Of a DNA stretch of 64,000 nt, positions 35,877 to 45,302 are shown piece by piece. Each line of letters starts with the position of its first letter. The stretch's first letter is position 1. Source of the DNA: Vulcanimicrobiota bacterium. Its GTDB lineage: Bacteria; Vulcanimicrobiota; Xenobia; Xenobiales; QWHO01. Location: contig JBDHVW010000036.1 of assembly GCA_039809865.1 (NCBI GenBank), forward strand, positions 1,796 through 65,795. Reading direction: 5' to 3'. A program made the translations under genes and the position numbers. The notes under the pieces are model-generated. The model searched no databases, was not told where the DNA came from, and saw nothing but the letters and a program-made list of their open reading frames with translations.

Positions 35877-36774
35877 CTAGGGCGCCGTATCGGACTCGAA
35901 GCGGCGCCGTAGCTCCGCGATCCCCGCCGCGTAGTGCGCCGGATCGCCGTGCTTGAGGTCGGCCAGCCCCTGGAAATACAGGTGGTGGTTGCGCGAGGGC
36001 GTGAAGAAGATGAAGAGCTTCATCGGCTTGTCGCTTTCGTTGGCGAATCCGTTGATCGCCGTGAGGGGCGCCACCACCACCGAACCGGGAGCGTAGCTGA
36101 CGCGGTTCTCGCCGATCTGGATGGTGGCGTGCCCGTCCACCACGTAGAACGTCTCCACGTTGCAGTAGTGCACGTGCGGGTCGGCTCCGATGCAGTTGGC
36201 GGGCACCTCGCGCTCGTACGCCTCGATCTGGCCGAAGGTCTGCTCGCCGATCAGCTTGTAGCGCACCAGGCTCTCGGGCTCGAACGGATACACCAGGCCC
36301 TCGCCCGGACGCGAGACGTAGCCGGTCTTCTCGGTCAGCGAGCCGTCCGTGACCTCGCGCGAATCGAACTTCTGGCGCAGGGCTTCCAGGTCGCCCGGGC
36401 TCCGGGACAACGCTTCGTAGAACTCGTGGTAGTAATTCCCGGGAGTCATCGCCACGTAGAGCAGCACCGGCTCGTCGCTGTCGTTGCGGTAGCTGTGCAC
36501 CACGTTGCGCGGCACGGTGATACACGTGCCCGCGGGGCAGATCTCGGTGCGGGGGCCGACCTGGAAGACGACGGTGCCGCGCACCACGTAGAAAACCTGC
36601 GCCGCCTGACGGTGCAGGTGGGGCGTCGCGCCCACGGTCCCGGGCGCCAGAGTGCGCTCGAAAACCTCATAGGTGCCCCAGGTATTGTCGGAAAGCAGCT
36701 TACAGAGAACTTCGTTGCCGGCGCCGAGCTGATAGCGCAGGCCCTGGCCGGGGAGGGAAAGCAGTCCTTGCATG
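35877..36774 (-). CDS. Bicupin protein (two cupin barrels)
   Basis: Two cupin-like segments (HLHRQAAQVFYVVRGTVVFQVG...GTCITVPRNVVHSYRN and PHVHYCNVETFYVVDGHATIQIGENRVSYAPGSVVVAP); start ATG about 36774; the 5' two-thirds of the track ORF 35877..37913 is shadow. Confidence 0.65.
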
Positions 36775-36815
36775 GGGCGCAGCTTCGTCTCGGGCCGTTT
36801 GGCTCCTGGCTCGAG

Positions 36816-38354
36816 ATGACCAGGATCATACCTCCCTCGGCTCCGGTCCGTATGCTGGGAAGAGTGCGAAGGATCTCGATAGGGCTGGGGGTGCTCGTGG
36901 TGGGCCTCCTGGCCTGGCTGCTCTGGCCCGCCCCGGTGGTACAGGTCGTGCCTGCCCGCCAGCGCGAGGTCGTGGAGCTGGTCATCGCCAGCGGCCGCCT
37001 GCGGGCGGTGCGGCAGAGCCCGATCGGCGCCAGCGTGGCGGGCACGGTGGCCCGGGTGCTGGTCGAGGAGGGCGACGAGGTGCGCCGAGGACAGCTGCTC
37101 GCTCAACTCGACGACCGCGACAGTAAAGCCCAGCGCGATCAGGCGGCCCACGCCCTGGAGACGGCCGCCAGCGAGCTGGCCCGGGTCGAGCGCGGGGCTC
37201 AGCCCGAGGAGCTGGCCCGGGCGCAGGCTGAGCTCGAGCAGGCCGCTCGGGTGAATGCGGCGCGCCTGGAGCAGGCGCGACAACGGCTGGCGCAAGCCCG
37301 GCGCGGACGCCCCGAGGAGCGCCTCGAGGCCGAGTCCAATCTGGCGCGTGCCCGTGCCACGCGCGAGCAGGCCGACCGCGACCTGCGTCGCGAGCGCGAG
37401 CTGTTCGCCCAGGATGCCATCTCGCGCTCGGAGCTCGAGCAGGCCGTCCTGGCCCAGAGCCAGGCCGCCGCCTCCGAGATGGCCCTGCAGCAGCGCCTCC
37501 AGATCGCCTCCCAGCCCGCTCGACCCGAGGAGATCGCCAGCGCTGTGGCCGAGGTTCAAGCGGCCGAGGCCACTTACGCCACCAGTGTCCAGGTGGCGCG
37601 CCAGTCGCTCGGTCTGCTGCAACGCAAGCCCTATCCCGAGGACCGAAGCCTGGCCCGCGCGCGCGTGGCCGAGGCCGAGTCGGCGCTGGAGAATGCGGTG
37701 CAGCAAACCGATCGGCGCCTGATCCGCGCTCCCATGGCCGGCTTGATCACGCGGCGCAACGTGGAGCCGGGGCAGAGCGTCAATCCCGGCACCCCCCTGC
37801 TGACCCTGGCCGCCATGGACCGCACCGAGGTCTACCTGGAGACCGACGAGACCAACCTGCCCCGGCTCAAGGTCGGCCAGCAGGCCCGGGTCTACCCGCC
37901 GGCCTTCCCGCAACGGCCCTTCACGGCGCGGGTTCGGCAGATCGGGCCCGACGTGGACGCCACCCGGGGCGTGGTCCCGGTGCGCCTCAGGCCCGACAAG
38001 CTTCCCGATTACGCGCGTCCGGACATGACCCTGGACGTCAACATCGAGGTCAATCGCCTCCAGGCCGTCAGCGTGCCCCTCTCCAGCCTGCGCACCGACG
38101 CCTCGGGCGACTCCTGCCTGGTGGTCGAGAGCGGCCGGGTGCGCTCACTCGCCGTGCGGGTGCTGGCGCGCGGCCAGAACTGGGCGGCCGTGGAGGGAGT
38201 CCGCGAGGGCCAGCTGGTCCTGCTCGAGGCCACGGCCGTCGAGCCGGGCCAGCGCGCCCGGTCCAGGGAGGTGGCGCTGCCCGAGTTCGAGTCGGGCCCG
38301 CCGCCCGCCGCCCGAGCCGAGGGGAAGGCCAACTACGAGCCGGTGAAGGAGTAG
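36816..38354 (+). CDS. HlyD-family membrane fusion protein (periplasmic adaptor) with extended coiled-coil
   Basis: N-terminal TM anchor (GLGVLVVGLLAWLLW), long coiled-coil, C-terminal beta-barrel/lipoyl-like segments (RLIRAPMAGLITRRNVEPGQSV); an alternative start at about 36852 is possible. Confidence 0.75.
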   Translation: MTRIIPPSAPVRMLGRVRRISIGLGVLVVGLLAWLLWPAPVVQVVPARQREVVELVIASGRLRAVRQSPIGASVAGTVARVLVEEGDEVRRGQLLAQLDDRDSKAQRDQAAHALETAASELARVERGAQPEELARAQAELEQAARVNAARLEQARQRLAQARRGRPEERLEAESNLARARATREQADRDLRRERELFAQDAISRSELEQAVLAQSQAAASEMALQQRLQIASQPARPEEIASAVAEVQAAEATYATSVQVARQSLGLLQRKPYPEDRSLARARVAEAESALENAVQQTDRRLIRAPMAGLITRRNVEPGQSVNPGTPLLTLAAMDRTEVYLETDETNLPRLKVGQQARVYPPAFPQRPFTARVRQIGPDVDATRGVVPVRLRPDKLPDYARPDMTLDVNIEVNRLQAVSVPLSSLRTDASGDSCLVVESGRVRSLAVRVLARGQNWAAVEGVREGQLVLLEATAVEPGQRARSREVALPEFESGPPPAARAEGKANYEPVKE

Positions 38355-38355
38355 G

Positions 38356-39588
38356 ATGGATTATTTTACGGTCTCGGTGGCCCTGCGCCACCTGCGCTTC
38401 GGGCGCGGACAGACGCTGCTCACGGTCGGCGTGGTGGCCATGAGCGTTACGCTGGTCATCTTCCTGACGGCGCTGATCGGCGGTCTGCAGCGACGCCTGG
38501 TCCAGACCGTAACGGGGGCGGTGGCTCACGTCACCGTCAAGCCGGCGGAGCGCCCGCCTCTCACCCCCCGCGAGCCCGGGGTGCTTTACGCGGGTCGAAC
38601 CGTCAAGCTGCCTCAGCAGAAACAGAAGATCGAGGACTGGCTGGCCTGGGTGCCGCGCCTGGAGCGCTTCGACCCCAAGGTGCTGGCCGTCTCTCCCGTG
38701 GTCTCCGGCTCGGGGACGCTGACCCGCGGCACCAGGAAGCTCGCCGTGCAGATCGTGGGGGTCATCCCCGAGCGCCACGACCAGGTCGTCGCGCTGCAGG
38801 CGAACCTGGTGGGGGGTCGGTTCTTTGGCCTCAATAGCGGAGAAGTGGCCCTGGGCTATCGCCTGGCCGAGGAGCTGGGAGTCGGGCTGGGGGACAAGCT
38901 GCGCCTGACCAGCACCGAGGACGTCTCCCAGACCTGCACGGTGGCGGGCATCTTCGATACCGGATTTCGCGCGGTGGACGCCGCCACCGTCTTCGTCCCC
39001 TTGCGCGATGGGCAGTCCCTGTTTGGCCTCGGGACGGCCGTCACGTCCATCTCCTTGCGCCTGAGCCACGTCTTCGAGGCGGATGACCTCGCCCGGCGCC
39101 TGGCCCTGCAAGTGCCCTATGCGACCGAGTCCTGGACGCGGGACAACCAGAGTCTGCTCTCGGGTCTGAAGGCGCAGTCGGGCTCCTCCAACATGATCCT
39201 GGCCATCACCACTCTGGCCGCCGCGTTCGGCATCGCCAGCATCATGATCACGGCCGTCGTGAGCCGCTCGCGGGAGATCGGCATCTTGAAGGCCATGGGC
39301 GCCACCGATCATCAGATTCTGGGCGTGTTTGCCCTGGAAGGAGCCCTGCTCTCTCTGCTGGGCGGGGTGGTGGGCAGCGGGCTGGGAACGATACTCGTGC
39401 TTTTGCTCAAGCAAGCCCGCACCGTGTCCGCCAGCGGCCGAAGCCTGGAGCTCTTTCCCGTGGACCTCACCCCCGGCCTCATCCTGGGCGCCATGGGGCT
39501 GGCCCTGGCGATCGGCCTGGTCTCCTCGCTCTATCCGGCCTGGCGCGCCGCCCTGGTCAACCCGATCGACGTCATCCGAGGCGCGTGA
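38356..39588 (+). CDS. ABC transporter permease, FtsX/MacB family
   Basis: N-terminal TM, large periplasmic domain, C-terminal three TM with FtsX motifs (REIGILKAMGAT). Confidence 0.85.
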   Translation: MDYFTVSVALRHLRFGRGQTLLTVGVVAMSVTLVIFLTALIGGLQRRLVQTVTGAVAHVTVKPAERPPLTPREPGVLYAGRTVKLPQQKQKIEDWLAWVPRLERFDPKVLAVSPVVSGSGTLTRGTRKLAVQIVGVIPERHDQVVALQANLVGGRFFGLNSGEVALGYRLAEELGVGLGDKLRLTSTEDVSQTCTVAGIFDTGFRAVDAATVFVPLRDGQSLFGLGTAVTSISLRLSHVFEADDLARRLALQVPYATESWTRDNQSLLSGLKAQSGSSNMILAITTLAAAFGIASIMITAVVSRSREIGILKAMGATDHQILGVFALEGALLSLLGGVVGSGLGTILVLLLKQARTVSASGRSLELFPVDLTPGLILGAMGLALAIGLVSSLYPAWRAALVNPIDVIRGA

Positions 39589-40256
39589 TGCCGGTTGCCG
39601 AGCTGATCGAGGTGGACAAGGTCTATCCCGGGGAGGTTCCGACGCAGGTGCTGCACCAGGTCAGCCTGCAGATCCATGCGGGGGAGTTCGTGGCCATCCA
39701 GGGTGCCTCCGGCTGTGGCAAATCGACCTTGCTGAACCTGCTGGGCCTGCTCGACCGTCCCAGCTCGGGGGTCCTGCGACTGGACGGGCGCGACACCGCG
39801 GGCCTGGACTCGCTGCAGCGGGCCCGGTTCCGCCGCGATTACCTGGGCTTCATCTTTCAGTTTCACTACCTGTTGCCCGAGTTCACCGTACTGGAGAATG
39901 CCCTGATGCCTTGCCGCCTGAAGGGACGGAAAGCCGAGCTGGAGGCGTCGCCGCGTGTCCGGGGCTGGCTCGAGCAGGTGGGCCTGGCCGACCGACTGCA
40001 CTACCGGCCCTCGCAGCTCTCCGGGGGACAGCAGCAGCGCGTGGCCATCATCCGTGCTTTGGCCAACGATCCCGTGCTGGTGCTGGCGGACGAGCCTACG
40101 GGCAACCTGGACTCCAAGACGGGTCGGGCCGCCTTCGAGCTCATGCGCGAGCTAAGCCGAACCACCGGCAAGAGCTTCGTGCTCGTGAGCCACGACGAGT
40201 CGCTCACCCGGCTGGCGGACCGCGTGCTGCCGATGGTGGACGGCCGGCTCACCTAG
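39585..40256 (+). CDS. ABC transporter ATP-binding protein (MacB/LolD-like)
   Basis: Walker A GASGCGKST; signature LSGGQQQRV; Walker B VLVLADEPT; ATGA overlap with the permease gene. Confidence 0.9.
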   Translation: MMPVAELIEVDKVYPGEVPTQVLHQVSLQIHAGEFVAIQGASGCGKSTLLNLLGLLDRPSSGVLRLDGRDTAGLDSLQRARFRRDYLGFIFQFHYLLPEFTVLENALMPCRLKGRKAELEASPRVRGWLEQVGLADRLHYRPSQLSGGQQQRVAIIRALANDPVLVLADEPTGNLDSKTGRAAFELMRELSRTTGKSFVLVSHDESLTRLADRVLPMVDGRLT

Positions 40257-42553
40257 ATCTCGTAGCGCCGCTCTTCCTCGGGGGCCGCCACGGGGGCGTC
40301 CGCGGTCAGCTGGTCCAGGCTCTGCCGGGCCGGCAGCGCTTTGAGCTCGGCGTAGAACTTCTCCTCGCCCAGCGTCGTCTTGACGGACTGGTAGAGCGCG
40401 TAGCCCTCGGACATGCCCTGGGCGCGCAGCTCGGCGCTGCGCTGGGCCACGCCGGGCAGACTGGCCTGCTGGCCCATCCAGACGGCGCTCTCCTTCTCCC
40501 ACCGGTCGATCCCGCCGATGATCTTGCGCACGGCGCTGTTGCGCACTTCCTCGATCTGCTCGGCCTGATCGCGCGTGGCCACCTCGGTCTTCCACCGGGC
40601 CGCCAGCGCCACCGTGCTGAGCTCGATGGACTCGCGCTCCCACAGCATGTTGAACTTGCGCACCGACTCGTCGCGGTTCCTGACCGACTCGGGGTCGGAC
40701 TCGTCGAAGAACACCAGCCCCGACGTCTCCCAGTTGTGGCGCATGCCCTGGGTGGAGAAGTTGGTGCTGCCGAACATCTCGCACTTGTCGGTGAGGATCT
40801 GCTTGGCGTGAATCTTGCGGTCGTGCCAGCAGGTGCGGGGGAGCATCGCCCAGCGCACGGGCAGGCCCTTGTCCTCGAGGAACTTCACGCCCCACGAGTT
40901 GGGCGTGTCGCCGCGCGGGTAGACGCCCGGGTCGGCGATCACCTTCACGTCCAGCGACTTGCCCTGGGCCTTCAGCTCGTCCACGCGCGCCGCCAGGGCG
41001 GCCGCCACGGCGCGGGTGATGACGAACTCGGGCATGTAGACGAACTTGTCCGCCTGGCTGATGGCGAAGAGCATCGCCGCCTCGCGCTCGGCGGGGACGT
41101 CGGCGATGGCGACCACCGCCTTCCCCACCGGCCTGTCGGCGGGGGCGGTGACATCCTGGATGCGCTGCTGGTTGAGCGGGTCCTTGACCTTCTCGAGCGT
41201 GTCGCGGAACAGGCGGGCGCACATCTCCTTGCCCACGTCCGAGAGCACGAGCTTCTCCTGGCCCGCCAGAAAGCGTTTCATGCCGGCCTCGAACTCGCCT
41301 TCCTTGAGGTCGAACATCTGGCGCAGGTCCACTCCCGCGTCCTGGCACCGGCGCTCGAGATCGGGGAAATTGTCGAAAGGCTGCACGGCGACGCCGGCCG
41401 GCTGCAATCCGGACATACAGTCCAGCACGGCGGTCAGGCCGCGCATGCCCATCGTCAGAGTGGCCCCGTGGAAATCCTTGACGTAGTCCTCGCCGAAGAT
41501 TTCGGTGCCCTCGGCCCCGGCCGACTCCTGGCAATCGCGCTTGAAGTTGCGCACCAGCGCCGCGGCCGCGGGCCCCTCGAGGATATAGCCCGAGTCGACG
41601 TTCTCGCCCGAGCCGAGGTTGGCGTTCATGCCGCTCAGCAGCACCTTGTCGCCCACGCGCAAGACCTTGCGGTGCATCAGGTCGGTGGATTTGCTCAGCA
41701 GTTTGGCCACCGGATAGATCGAGACCGCGACGTCCAGACTCTCCTTCCGGGCGAGCTCCGTCAACTGCAGGATGGAGCGGAACTTGAGCGGGACATCGTC
41801 CACGTCGTAGCGGCTCTTGGCGTCGGGGAAGCTCAGGCGCAACGCGGGGTCGAGGTTTACGCGCACCTTACAGCCCGCTTCGGCGGCCGTCTTCAATCGC
41901 TCCAGCACCTCGGGACAGGTCAGCTCGTAGTACTGCGCGTCGATCTCGGGCGGGTTCCCGGCCTTCGCCGCGGCGATGCCTTCGTCCAGCAAGCCCAGCA
42001 CGGCGGGCCAGAGAGCTTCCTGGTGGTGCTGCTCGACCTTGTTGCCGGCAAAGACCATCGAGCCGGTGCCGGATTTGAGTCCCTCGATGTGGTCGATGAC
42101 CGCTTTGGTGTCGTTCTTGGAGAGCTCGTTATAGGTGGCGTAGGCCGCCAGGGCGCCGATGGGTCCGAAGGAGGCTCCCGCCAGGGCGCCCACCGACGCG
42201 ATGGTCCTGGCCTCGCGCAGCGCGTCGCGCACGACCTGCTCGGAGGAGGTGAAGATGCGCACCTCGGCCAGCCGCTTCTCGAGCGCGGGCTGCGTGCCGG
42301 GGTCTTGCTCGCGCCATTTGGCGCTCAGCTCTTTCTTGAGGGAGGCGGCCTTCTTGCCGAAGTCGCGCAGGTCGTTGGCCTCCGCGACCGTGATCTCGCC
42401 CTCCGCCAGCCAACGCTCCGCCAGGCGCTGGACATCGGCGCCGCCGGCCAGTCGCATCGCACCGGCCGACTCCCCCAGGTCTTTGAGGGTCTTGGCCTGC
42501 ACGCGCGCGGGATCGAGGCGAAAATCCCCGACCTTATAGGGTCCCGTGAGCAT
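40253..42553 (-). CDS. Phospholipase D superfamily protein with two HKD motifs (about 766 aa)
   Basis: HKD-2 HAKQILTD(x5)GSTN and degenerate HKD-1 HRKVLRVGD(x5)GMN; helical N-terminal region of about 300 aa without a signal peptide; likely start ATG at 42553, with the Arg-rich 5' part of the track ORF being shadow. Confidence 0.7.
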   Translation of the reverse strand: MLTGPYKVGDFRLDPARVQAKTLKDLGESAGAMRLAGGADVQRLAERWLAEGEITVAEANDLRDFGKKAASLKKELSAKWREQDPGTQPALEKRLAEVRIFTSSEQVVRDALREARTIASVGALAGASFGPIGALAAYATYNELSKNDTKAVIDHIEGLKSGTGSMVFAGNKVEQHHQEALWPAVLGLLDEGIAAAKAGNPPEIDAQYYELTCPEVLERLKTAAEAGCKVRVNLDPALRLSFPDAKSRYDVDDVPLKFRSILQLTELARKESLDVAVSIYPVAKLLSKSTDLMHRKVLRVGDKVLLSGMNANLGSGENVDSGYILEGPAAAALVRNFKRDCQESAGAEGTEIFGEDYVKDFHGATLTMGMRGLTAVLDCMSGLQPAGVAVQPFDNFPDLERRCQDAGVDLRQMFDLKEGEFEAGMKRFLAGQEKLVLSDVGKEMCARLFRDTLEKVKDPLNQQRIQDVTAPADRPVGKAVVAIADVPAEREAAMLFAISQADKFVYMPEFVITRAVAAALAARVDELKAQGKSLDVKVIADPGVYPRGDTPNSWGVKFLEDKGLPVRWAMLPRTCWHDRKIHAKQILTDKCEMFGSTNFSTQGMRHNWETSGLVFFDESDPESVRNRDESVRKFNMLWERESIELSTVALAARWKTEVATRDQAEQIEEVRNSAVRKIIGGIDRWEKESAVWMGQQASLPGVAQRSAELRAQGMSEGYALYQSVKTTLGEEKFYAELKALPARQSLDQLTADAPVAAPEEERRYEI

Positions 42554-42597
42554 GTCCCCCCAGTGTAGCGTGGCGCCCGGAAAGCGAGCTGAAAAGG

Positions 42598-43173
42598 CTA
42601 CTTCACCTCGGGCACCAGGCCGTCCGGGCCAACCTGAATGCCGAACTCGTCGAGCACTTTCTGCCGCTCCTCGTGCGAGTGGCGGGCCGCCGTCCTGGCG
42701 GTCTCCACCGAGCGCAAAATCTCGCCCGCCAGGCCTCCGAAGGTGGTCATGCCCAGGCCCCGGCCACGCTTCATCTCGACGGTCAGCCGGGTGTAGGCTT
42801 CCACCGCCTTCTCGAAGGGGTCCAGCATCTGGATCAGCGCTTCGTGATAGGCTTTGCAGCTCTCGGGCGCCTCGCGCGAGCGCAGCTCGCTCACCAGCGA
42901 CGAGAACCGCAGGGCCAGCTCTTGCAGCCGGGGCTCCTGGGCCGTGGCGATCTTCACCAGATGGGCCTTGCTGTAGTCGCCTTTCACCTGGGCCATCAGG
43001 TCGTCCTTGAGCGTCTCGAGCTCGGTGCCGACCTTGCAGATGTCCTGAAGCGAGCGATCGGTGGCCGCCAGATAACGCTGGGCGCGCTGCGCCTCCGTCT
43101 CGCCCCCACAGGCGAGACAACACAGCAGCACGAGCAGAATCCAGGCGGAACGCGGCACATCGATACCGTTCAC
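42598..43173 (-). CDS. Lipoprotein of unknown function (191 aa), immediately upstream of the PLD gene
   Basis: Signal peptide with Cys-rich lipobox region (ILLVLLCCLACGGE); helical. Confidence 0.5.
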   Translation of the reverse strand: MNGIDVPRSAWILLVLLCCLACGGETEAQRAQRYLAATDRSLQDICKVGTELETLKDDLMAQVKGDYSKAHLVKIATAQEPRLQELALRFSSLVSELRSREAPESCKAYHEALIQMLDPFEKAVEAYTRLTVEMKRGRGLGMTTFGGLAGEILRSVETARTAARHSHEERQKVLDEFGIQVGPDGLVPEVK

Positions 43174-43260
43174 TTTCCGAAGGGGGAAGCCTGTCGGAGA
43201 AGTTCACAATTCGGGGACCCAGTTCACCCTCACTTCACCCGGTGCGAGTAGAATGGCCGC

Positions 43261-43608
43261 ATGATTCAGAGAATGAGTGTCCTCCCCGCCAACCTGGAAG
43301 GCTTCGGCAAACAGCCCGCCCTGCTGGCCCCCGCCGACGCGCAAGAGGGGGACCTCGAGCGCGATCGTCTGCTGGCCGTGCAGAGCCAGAAGCTGGTCGC
43401 GCCAGTCACCTTCGAGGACCTGCGCCAGGTGGTGAGTGGCAACGGCGGCACGGCCTCCGCTTCCGAAGTGGCCCGAGCTTTGAATCCGAAAGACCCGCGG
43501 GCTTACATGAGCTTGTTCCAGCTGCCCCAGGCGGGCGTGAAGGTCCCCGCACTCGACGTGGTCTTCCACCTGGAAGGAAAACGCCTGATGGCAGACGTCC
43601 GCGGATAG
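43261..43608 (+). CDS. Small hypothetical protein (115 aa)
   Basis: Coding-like GC3 pattern; upstream of the MerR gene on the same strand. Confidence 0.4.
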   Translation: MIQRMSVLPANLEGFGKQPALLAPADAQEGDLERDRLLAVQSQKLVAPVTFEDLRQVVSGNGGTASASEVARALNPKDPRAYMSLFQLPQAGVKVPALDVVFHLEGKRLMADVRG

Positions 43609-43646
43609 CTTGACCTTGACGCAGGGGGAACCTTTACAGTCGAGTC

Positions 43647-44345
43647 ATGACGATCGGCGAGCTGGCACGCCGGGCCGGGGTCACGCCCCGAACCCTGCGG
43701 CACTATGAAGAGCTCGGGCTGCTGCGGCCCGAACGCACTCCCGCGGGGTATCGGGTCTACGGACCTGCCGACCTCGCCCGCCTGCAACAGGTTGTCAGCC
43801 TGCTGGGGCTGGGCCTGAACCTCAAGCAAGCGCGGCGGGTTCTGAGCGGGGGAGAGCGCCCCCTGCGGTTGGTCGAGCTTCAACTGGCCCGTGTGGACAC
43901 CGAGTTGGACCGCCTGCAGGCACTGCGAGCTCGCCTCGTTCGTCTGGAGCAAAGCCTGCGCCATGGCCGCGAGCCCGGCCGGGACGAGCTCCTCAGCTCA
44001 CTGGAGGTGCTCAGTATGATGAACCAGCCCGATCACGACCCGATCCTGTTGGAGCTCGGAACCGACCTGCTCCCGCTCTGCAACCCCGGGGATGCCCCCT
44101 GGAACGAAGGCAGCCTGCTGTTGACCGGACTGCGCGAGCTGCGCGCGCGCCTGCACGAGGAGGGCATTTTCTTGCCCGGCGTGCGCGTCAAGGACGAGCC
44201 GGCGCTCGACCCTAGAAGCTACCGCCTCAGCCTGTTCCAGAAGGTGGCCGGGGAGCGGCGGCTCGAGCACAGCGTGGAGCCGTTGCTCGGCCATCTCGGC
44301 GAGGTGTTTCGCCAGCACGCGAGCCACCTGAACCTGCTGCGCTGA
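43647..44345 (+). CDS. MerR-family transcriptional regulator
   Basis: N-terminal HTH MTIGELARRAGVTPRTLRHYEELGLL; coiled-coil dimerisation region. Confidence 0.85.
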   Translation: MTIGELARRAGVTPRTLRHYEELGLLRPERTPAGYRVYGPADLARLQQVVSLLGLGLNLKQARRVLSGGERPLRLVELQLARVDTELDRLQALRARLVRLEQSLRHGREPGRDELLSSLEVLSMMNQPDHDPILLELGTDLLPLCNPGDAPWNEGSLLLTGLRELRARLHEEGIFLPGVRVKDEPALDPRSYRLSLFQKVAGERRLEHSVEPLLGHLGEVFRQHASHLNLLR

Positions 44346-44369
44346 GTTGTAGCAGGGCGCTCTCGCCGA

Positions 44370-44824
44370 TCAGGGCACCACTTGCAGGCCCCTGGTGTCC
44401 TCGTACAGGATCAGCTGGTAGAATGCGGCGCGGTCATTGTCGGCGATGGGCAGCGCGATGTCTTTGTCGCGCTCGATGACCTTGCCGGGCTCCTGCGAGA
44501 ACGTGTCCTCTCGAAAGCCCTCTCCGCCCAGAAAGTTGCCTTTGGCGTCGGTGATCACCACGTAGAATGCGCAGAAGGCCCCGACCCTGCCGGTATTCTT
44601 CAGGCGCACCCGCACGTTGAGCTGGCGGCAGTCGCGCAGGTCGAGGTGGCGGCTGATCTCGACCTCGCCCTGAAAGTAGCGGCCCTTCAAAGGAATTCGC
44701 TTGCCGGTCAGCGGGCGGCCCACCTGGGTGATCGGAAGCTCGCCCAGGGGCCCGTCGGCCCGGGTGGCGACGGGTTCTCCGCTGGCGACGGCCAGACAGA
44801 GGCAGAAGGTCAGGATCAGGCGCG
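44370..44824 (-). CDS. Small secreted protein, paralog 1; probable GTG start overlapping the upstream paralog stop
   Basis: Signal peptide (LARLILTFCLCLAVASG); shares LKG(K/R).F.G.V...LYED(S/T) with the adjacent paralog. Confidence 0.5.
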
Positions 44825-44833
44825 CCAGCACGG

Positions 44834-45262
44834 TCAGCGCTTCCCCAGGAACCAGCTGTCCTCGTAGAGGACCACGTTGATGAATTCCATGTTCTTCAGC
44901 TGGGCCAGGGGGATGACCATGTCCCACTGCTCGTCATCCTGGCGGCCCTTCTTCTTCTCGTGGTAGACGTCGTTGGCGCCCCCCGAGGCCAGAATGCGCC
45001 CCTGGTTGTCGAACACGCCGGCGTGCACCGAGTAGTAGGCATTCGGCCCGACCAGGTTGACCAGGTGCACCCGCACCCGCACCTGGTTGCCGTCGAGCAC
45101 GAAGGCTTTCACGCTGCCGTCGAAGAGCTTGCCCTTCAGCCGGGCCGTGACCGGCTTTTGCTCGGTCGTGCTCGCGTCGATGGGCAGCGAGGCGCGCAGC
45201 GTGCGGGGCTCGCCCAGGGCCAATCCGGTAAGGAGGAGGCAGGCTACCAGAAAGGTGCGCAT
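44834..45262 (-). CDS. Small secreted protein, paralog 2 (142 aa)
   Basis: Signal peptide MRTFLVACLLLTGLALG; paralogous to the downstream gene. Confidence 0.55.
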   Translation of the reverse strand: MRTFLVACLLLTGLALGEPRTLRASLPIDASTTEQKPVTARLKGKLFDGSVKAFVLDGNQVRVRVHLVNLVGPNAYYSVHAGVFDNQGRILASGGANDVYHEKKKGRQDDEQWDMVIPLAQLKNMEFINVVLYEDSWFLGKR

Positions 45263-45302
45263 GGCACGGGATTCTCCCGCGACGAGAGGTCGCCCTTCCG
45301 GG

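Noticed and set aside
43230-43255. TAGAAT -10-like hexamer 8 nt upstream of the 43261 ORF
   Set aside because: There is no acceptable -35 at 16-19 nt spacing, so I do not call a promoter.
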